The position numbers and the translations under genes were made by a program. This document shows, in pieces, positions 24,499 to 30,939 of a DNA stretch of 30,939 nucleotides. The stretch is taken from positions 1 through 30,939 of the forward strand of contig JAQGDQ010001646.1 in NCBI GenBank assembly GCA_030141605.1. Reading direction: 5' to 3'. The notes under the pieces were generated by a model that made no database searches, was not told the origin of the DNA, and saw only the letters and a program-made list of their open reading frames with translations. The DNA comes from Tubiluchus corallicola. Taxonomy: Eukaryota; Animalia; Priapulida. Each line of letters opens with the position of its first letter. Within the stretch, counting starts at the first letter, position 1.

Positions 24499-25442
24499 TC
24501 TATGTCTATGTCTAAGTCTAATACTATGTCTTTGTCTATGTTTATTCGTATGTCTATCTCTATGTCTATTTGTATTCCTATGTCTATGTCTATGTCTATG
24601 TCTATGTATATGTCTAGTCGTATGTCTATGTCTATGTGTCTTCCTATGTCTATGTCTATGTCTGTGTCTTCGTCTGAATCTATCTCTATGACTATTCCTA
24701 AGTCTATGTCTATGCTTAATACTATGTCTATGTCTATGTCTATGTCTACCTCTACGTCTATGTCTATTGCTATGTCTATGTCTACCTCTACGTCTACGTC
24801 TACGTCTATGTCTATTGCTATGTCTACGTCTACCTCTACGTCTATGTCTATTGCTATGTCTATGTCTACCTCTACGTCTACGTCTACGTCTACGTCTACG
24901 TCTATGTCTATTGCTATGTCTACGTCTACCTCTACCTCTACGTCTACGTCTACGTCTACGTCTACGTCTATGTCTATGTCTATGTCTATTCCTGTCTACG
25001 TCTACGTCTACGTCTACGTCTACGTCTACGTCTACGTCTACGTCTACGTCTACGTCTACGTCTACGTCTACGTCTATGTCTATGTCTATTCTATGTCTAC
25101 GTCTACGTCTACGTCTACGTCTACGTCTACGTCTACCTCTACCTCTACCTCTACCTCTACCTCTACCTCTACCTCTACCTCTACCTCTACCTCTACCTCT
25201 ACCTCTACCTCTACCTCTACCTCTACGTCTACGTCTACGTCTACGTCTACGTCTACGTCTCCGTCTATGTCTATGTCTATTCCTATGTCTACGTCTACGT
25301 CTACGTCTACCTCTACCTCTACGTCTACGTCTACGTCTATGTCTATTCCTATTCCTATGTCTACGGCTACCTCTACGTCTACGTCTACGTCTACGTCTAC
25401 GTCTATTCCTATGTCTACGTCTACGTCTACGTCTATGTCTAC
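24499..25442. repeat. Hexanucleotide microsatellite (TCTATG / TCTACG / TCTACC blocks)
   Basis: Direct reading. Gives ORFs 24478-25482. Confidence 0.96.
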
Positions 25443-25856
25443 ACACTGCATGAATAATATGCACGCACCAAATAAGAACTAGCCTTCACTAATACGCAAT
25501 GCTTACAGTATAAGCCCTGCTCAGTGGCTAGAACAGTGAATCAATTATTAAAAGCGAATCTCGGGAGACACAGCGGGTTATTAGAACAATTTCAGAAACA
25601 AAATTGACTGCGTGAAGAGAGCGTTCCATCAAATGCCGCACGAAATTAGAAAATGAGTTTGCAAATTACTGCAAAAGATCCGGACTAGTCAAGAATCCCT
25701 ACTGAGCAGTGGTGGGCTTCGCTGAGCCGCTTTTTCATATGAACTTACACGAGAGGAATTTTGATAAATCAGAGATTATGGCTGATTTGCATTTCCAATA
25801 GCTGCTTGCTTTATAGGAAGGATTTGCAACGTATTTTGTACAATGGAAAGTCTAAG

Positions 25857-26209
25857 GCTGCCACACACAGGAACACACGAACAATGGCTACCCCACACAC
25901 AGGAACACACGAACAATCGCTGCCCCAAACACAGGAACACTCGAACAATGACTGCCACACACAAGAATACACGAACAATGACTGCCACACACAAGAACAC
26001 ACGAACAATCGCTGCCCCACACACAGGAACACTCGAACAATGACTGCCACACACAAGAACACACGAACAATGACTGCCACACACAAGAACACACGAACAA
26101 TCTCTGCCCCTCACACAGGAACACTCGAACAATGACTGCCACACACAAGAACACACGAACAATGGCTGCCACACACAAGAACACACGAGCAATGGCTGCC
26201 CCACACACA
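25857..26209 (+). repeat. 30/32-bp minisatellite (~11 units) with a 92-bp higher-order period
   Basis: CTGCCACACACAAGAACACACGAACAATGA. The 32-bp variant (TC(G/T)CTGCCCC...GGAACACTCG) recurs at 25917, 26009 and 26101. Confidence 0.95.
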
Positions 26210-26291
26210 GTGATAGAAAAAAAGAAATGGAGATAATCTGAAAATTTAAAATGAATCGTGATAAAAAAACAATAGTGCTTAAAATGCTTAA

Positions 26292-26867
26292 AGGAAGACA
26301 GGATGAATTTTCAGATACTACCTCATTTTCAAGTACGGTAAAAAAAGTACTCATTTTAACACAATTAATACTGCAGAAGCGTTTCTGATAATTAAATAAT
26401 AGATTAAAAACTTAATTAACGGCGGGCGATTGATGATATCACAAACTAACATAATTTTCGCGCATGTTTTCGAAAACGAAGAATGAAGTACAGTGCTACT
26501 GTAGGAGATTCAGTGTGTTGTACTAAAGCTGGGCAAGTTTTAAGATAAAACACAAATTTCTAATTCACCGCTGTGCTCACACATGAGCTGTTGAACGTGT
26601 GTAGTTCGTCACAAACCAACACATCTGAAATGAGAGGTACAGTACGTGTTTTTTGTTCATTGCGTTTTCGAAATGCAAGCGCTACTGCCCGTCTAACTAG
26701 CGAAATGCATGTAACAGCAAAGAACTAGTGACGCGACCGTGAAATTGTGTTTGTGTGGTAAAAATTCTTTGACGTAAGTCATTTTTGAAAAAATAGTGTG
26801 TTTCTTTCCAATATTTTAAAGGGTAGATTGATATGACCTACAGTTTGAGATTGGGTCCGGTTTTGTC
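26292..26867 (-). mobile_element. Kolobok-like MITE family K1, full-length copy (576 bp)
   Basis: TTAA (26288-26291) AGGAAGACAGGATGA ... TCCGGTTTTGTC TTAA (26868-26871). Reverse-complement homolog of 3527-3928 and 11196-11812. Confidence 0.82.
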
Positions 26868-26989
26868 TTAAGCAAAAAGAGTTCCAGTGAAAATTAATTT
26901 CCAGAGGAAATGTCACCCGTGAACAGCAATATGGCCGATGTAACCACATTTATCTTAAGTATCACACAATGCTGAAGCGGCTTATCAGC

Positions 26990-27141
26990 GGGAAATTGTT
27001 TCAGCGACACCAAGCGGCTTTACGGGGAATTACAGGCTTTGTAGAGTTTCCAAATACGTTTTCTAATGTTAAATGATTTGCTGGTGAGCGGAAGGGGAAC
27101 TAATGCAGAAGTTTTCTCAGTTTAATAATCACAGCATAAAG
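26990..27141 (-). repeat. Dispersed repeat fragment, homolog of 21895-22048
   Basis: Reverse-complement match to 21895-22048. Confidence 0.85.
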
Positions 27142-27264
27142 AAATTCTCATTTTTGATTTATTAGCTGATTGTTTGTTTGTTTAAATATTTGTTTCTTTT
27201 AATTGATATTTTTTTCAATTTTTTTTTGTGATTTTTAATTAATTTTTCCAACTCTTGAAATTAA

Positions 27265-27721
27265 CCCTTTCATACCCGTTGTATCCCGTGAGATACGAGA
27301 TTATTTTCTGCCTTTAAAATTAATAAAATTTTAAAACAGACAGTCATTTGATCTGTTAATAGTTATTTTGATTTAAGCCAATAACAATAGACTAAAATGG
27401 TGATAAAATGGCAAACTAGAAAATCTACATAGCATAAAAAACTGCGCAAGGTACAGTACTTTAGAGATGACTTTGTACAGATCAGCATGGCATGCATACT
27501 AAATGTCTTAAATTCTTTAAAAAATTATCAGCAGTTGCAAAATGAAGCACATTTTATGCTTCCATTGAATCCCAATGTATCACGTGGGATACAGGCTATA
27601 TTTAGCACGCGGGCACAGGTAAAAAAATAATTATTATGTGTAAACAAGATGGACATACTGAACAAATATACCAAGCCAAAAAAATATTTCTTATTAAAAA
27701 AATAATTTGGGACTGAAAGGG
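27265..27721 (+). mobile_element. piggyBac-like non-autonomous MITE, copy 2 (457 bp)
   Basis: TTAA (27261-27264) CCCTTTCA...TGAAAGGG TTAA (27722-27725). Colinear and highly similar to 7494-7951, with different flanks. Confidence 0.92.
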
Positions 27722-27898
27722 TTAAAAATAAAGTCCTTATTTTCCACATTATTGTAACGGATCCCACTTCTAACACTAGTGTAACGGATCCGGGTCCAGT
27801 ACGGATTCGTCTCAGGATGTATAGAGCGGCAAACAAGTTACGAAATACTTTACAGCAGACGAGAAAAGTAAAAAGAATACAAATGTAAAATAAACATT

Positions 27899-28325
27899 AA
27901 TGCACAACTAGTAGCTCCATGACATGTGAACAGAGCTTTGTATAAAAATCAGCAAACCTACAGCATTCACCTTTACAGACAGAAAGGCCAGGTTGCAATC
28001 GTCATAATGCATAACCAGTAGCTCCATGACATGTGAACAAATTTTCGTATAAAAATCAGCAAACCTACAGCATTCACCTTTATAGACAGAAAGGCTAGGT
28101 TGCAATCGTCATAATGCATAACCAGTAGCTCCATGACATGTGAACAGACTTTCGTATAAAAATCAGCAAACCTACAGCATTCGCCTTTACAGACAGAAAG
28201 GCCAGGTTGGAATCGTCATAATGCATAACCAGTAGTTCCATGACATGTGAACAGACTTTCGTATAAAAATCAGCAAACCTAGAGCATTCACCTTCACAGA
28301 CAGAAAGACCAGGTTGGAATTGTCA
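27899..28325 (+). repeat. 107-bp tandem repeat (~4 units)
   Basis: GTAG(C/T)TCCATGACATGTGAACA anchor at 27911, 28018, 28125 and 28232. Confidence 0.96.
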
Positions 28326-28492
28326 AATTACGGCATTCATTCTGTTTTATACAGATACATTTGCATTACTGGGCTTCTCAACCATACCCATTACTGACAT
28401 TAGGTTGTTGGTCAAAATCTGCCTTCGTAACAATATCTTAGAGGAGACCGATGGACAGATGGACAGATGAAAAAATCATGAAATGGTTTAAC

Positions 28493-28790
28493 AGTTCGTG
28501 GCGCAATGATGACTATTTATAAAGAGAAATTGATAAATGTCTTGTCTCGTAAACAGTTAATGTCTTGTAAACAGACGGTCCCTGGTTCGAATCCTGGCTT
28601 TACTAAAATGTTCACCACTCCACTTTTTTCTTGCATCCTGTGGAAATGGGGTGGCTGCTAGGTGGGGGGCCTCTTGGTTTTTCGCCATCCCGTCTCAATT
28701 ATCATATAGCAGTATTATTCTCATATAAATATTGTGTTTTATATCGTGTAAAAGAGACAAATAAATTGAATTGAATTGAATTGAATTGAA
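28493..28790 (+). mobile_element. tRNA-derived SINE-like element with a (TTGAA)n tail
   Basis: A-box-like GTGGCGCAATG (~28498), B-box GGTTCGAATCC (28584-28594), AATAAA at 28760 and (TTGAA)5 to 28790. Shares GGTCCCTGGTTCGA with the 20783-20858 head. Confidence 0.7.
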
Positions 28791-28839
28791 CTGTGAGCCT
28801 ACGAAACTTACCTCGTTTATAAGAAGTTTAACATCAAAA

Positions 28840-29347
28840 CAAAGAATGCTCTACAATAATGAAAACTACGATAGCTTTTTTTAAATCAAAGCTTAGATTA
28901 AATGATAATTACCTCGGATACTCAAATTTCGTTAAGCTTTCAAGGCTACGCGCGACTCAGTGAATCTACTAAGATTGGCAGCAGCGCCTTTTTGTCACAT
29001 TCGCGTGGCCGACAAATAGAAGGCGGTACCGTGATGACCATGATCATGAACTGCAGTGTTAGTTTCTGACGTCATATGATGTAAAGCCCATTTTCGGGAC
29101 ATCATGCGTTTAAGCACTGTAACACTTACGCAAACGTGCTTGACGCGCAAGGGAAGACGCCTGCCATTGCAAAAACTGCGGTTAGTTTCTGACGTAAGCA
29201 ACAGCTGTGTTCGGTTGCCGTTAATTAACTTTCTAAGCTAATTATTCAAATATAAGAAACAATTGCTAACTTTCATAGGCAAGAAAATGTATATTTTAGC
29301 CAGGAAATTAAAATGAGATTGAGTCTAAACAATCATCCGGTTTTCCT
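28840..29347 (+). mobile_element. Kolobok-like MITE family K2, left-truncated copy
   Basis: Colinear with ~19515-19952 but with ~75 bp of extra internal sequence (~28950-29025). Ends AATCATCCGGTTTTCCT TTAA (29348-29351). Confidence 0.82.
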
Positions 29348-29827
29348 TTAACATGAGCGGCTACTTAGCAGAAAAATGTAGCAAAAACAAAATCCCCAAA
29401 ACACGAGGGAAACTGTTTTCTTATTGGCAATAAACCAAATCCCTTTCATCATCACAGGATTCATTAACCTTTCTGTTCAAGCCGACAGCGATAATTCGTA
29501 ATATCAACTCTAATCGCTTACAATTCTGTTTTGTCGAGACTGTTATTAAAGAGAAAAATACATGCACGCCATGTAATAGCAGTGATTACGTTGCTCAGGC
29601 TTGTCAGCTTTCAATGTGAGCAGTGAGTATTACGTTTGTTGATAGATGTACACGGAAGATCTTGGCAAATATTTCATACAATGCACCTGCCCAGTGCCGT
29701 GGTAATGTATACGGAAGCATAAAGAAAGGTCTGTACACAGATTACACATGTTTTCTGTTGGTGCTGAAGTAATGGGTTCATTGGAATTTCCTCCCGATTA
29801 TGTTGCAAGAATGTTGCACAATGTGTA

Positions 29828-30939
29828 GTAGTGGTGATGGTAGTATCAGTGGTACGCGTTGAGTTACTGGCTGTAGTGGTAATGGTAGTATCAGTGGTAC
29901 GCGTTGAGTTACTGGCTGTGGTGGTGACGGTAGTATCAGTGGTACGCGTTGAGTTACTGGCTGTGGTGGTGATGGTAGTATCAGTGGTACGCGTTGAGTT
30001 ACTGGCTGTGGTGGTGACGGTAGTATCAGTGATACGTGTTGAGTTACTGGCTGTGGTGGTGATGGTAGTATCAGTGGTACGCGTTGAGTTACTGGCTGTA
30101 GTGGTGATGGTAGTATCAGTGATGCGCGTTGAGTTACTGGCTGTAGTGGTGATGGTAGTATCAGTGATACGTGTTGAGTTACTGGCTGTAGTGGTGATGG
30201 TAGTATCAGTGATGCGCGTTGAGTTACTGGCTGTAGTGGTGATGGTAGTATCAGTGATACGCGTTGAGTTACTGGCTGTAGTGGTGATGGTAGTATCAGT
30301 GGTACGTGTTGAGTTACTGGCTGTAGTGGTGATGGTAGTATCAGTGGTACGCGTTGAGTTACTGGCTGTAGTGGTGATGGTAGTATCAGTGATACGCGTT
30401 GAGTTACTGGCTGTAGTGGTGATGGTAGTATCAGTGGTACGCGTTGAGTTACTGGCTGTAGTGGTGATGGTAGTATCAGTGGTACGCGTTGAGTTACTGG
30501 CTGTAGTGGTGATGGTAGTATCAGTGATACGCGTTGAGTTACTGGCTGTAGTGGTGATGGTAGTATCAGTGGTACGCACGCGTTGAGTTACTGGCTGTGG
30601 TGGTGATGGTAGTATCAGTGGTGCGCGTTGAGTTACTGGCTGTAGTGGTGATGGTAGTATCAGTGATACGCGTTGAGTTACTGGCTGTAGTGGTGATGGT
30701 AGTATCAGTGATACGTGTTGAGTTACTGGCTGTAGTGGTGATGGTAGTATCAGTGATGCGCGTTGAGTTACTGGCTGTAGTGGTGATGGTAGTATCAGTG
30801 ATACGCGTTGAGTTACTGGCTGTAGTGGTGATGGTAGTATCAGTGATACGTGTTGAGTTACTGGCTGTAGTGGTGATGGTAGTATCAGTGATGCGCGTTG
30901 AGTTACTGGCTGTAGTGGTGATGGTAGTATCAGTGATAC
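29828..30939 (-). repeat. 45-bp minisatellite array B2 (at least 24 units; runs off the window), reverse orientation to B1
   Basis: GTAGTGGTGATGGTAGTATCAGTGGTACGCGTTGAGTTACTGGCT is the reverse complement of the B1 unit. One 4-bp duplication near 30577. Confidence 0.98.

Noticed and set aside
24478-25482. Arg-rich protamine-like and ST/LP-repeat ORFs
   Set aside because: Products of the hexamer microsatellite.
27753-27800. Doubled TGTAACGGATCC resembling an LTR start
   Set aside because: No second LTR, terminal CA with TSD, PBS or PPT could be identified.
28493-28600. Functional tRNA gene (also 20783-20858)
   Set aside because: A- and B-box-like motifs are present, but there is no consistent acceptor stem or cloverleaf. 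The 28493 copy continues into a retroposon tail, so it was called SINE-like.

Overview
AT-rich, repeat-saturated eukaryotic DNA, most likely intergenic or intronic sequence from an invertebrate animal (inferred from the repeat types; no taxon can be fixed). I find no intact, recognisable protein-coding gene, rRNA, true tRNA or CRISPR array, and the long ORFs in the track are almost all translations of micro- or minisatellites. The window holds: (i) two unrelated minisatellite families (89/91 bp and 45 bp), each present as a pair of oppositely oriented arrays 3.6-5.5 kb apart; (ii) further tandem arrays with 20, 21, 30/32, 76, 91/92 and 107 bp units, plus long microsatellites; (iii) seven TTAA-associated non-autonomous DNA transposon copies (two piggyBac-like MITEs and five Kolobok-like MITEs from two families sharing a terminal motif); (iv) decayed 3' ends of several non-LTR retrotransposons and tRNA-derived SINE-like elements; (v) a dense CAGGT(A/G) motif cluster that may be regulatory. 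The inverted paired-array architecture is the most unusual feature, but nothing here proves a new biological system.
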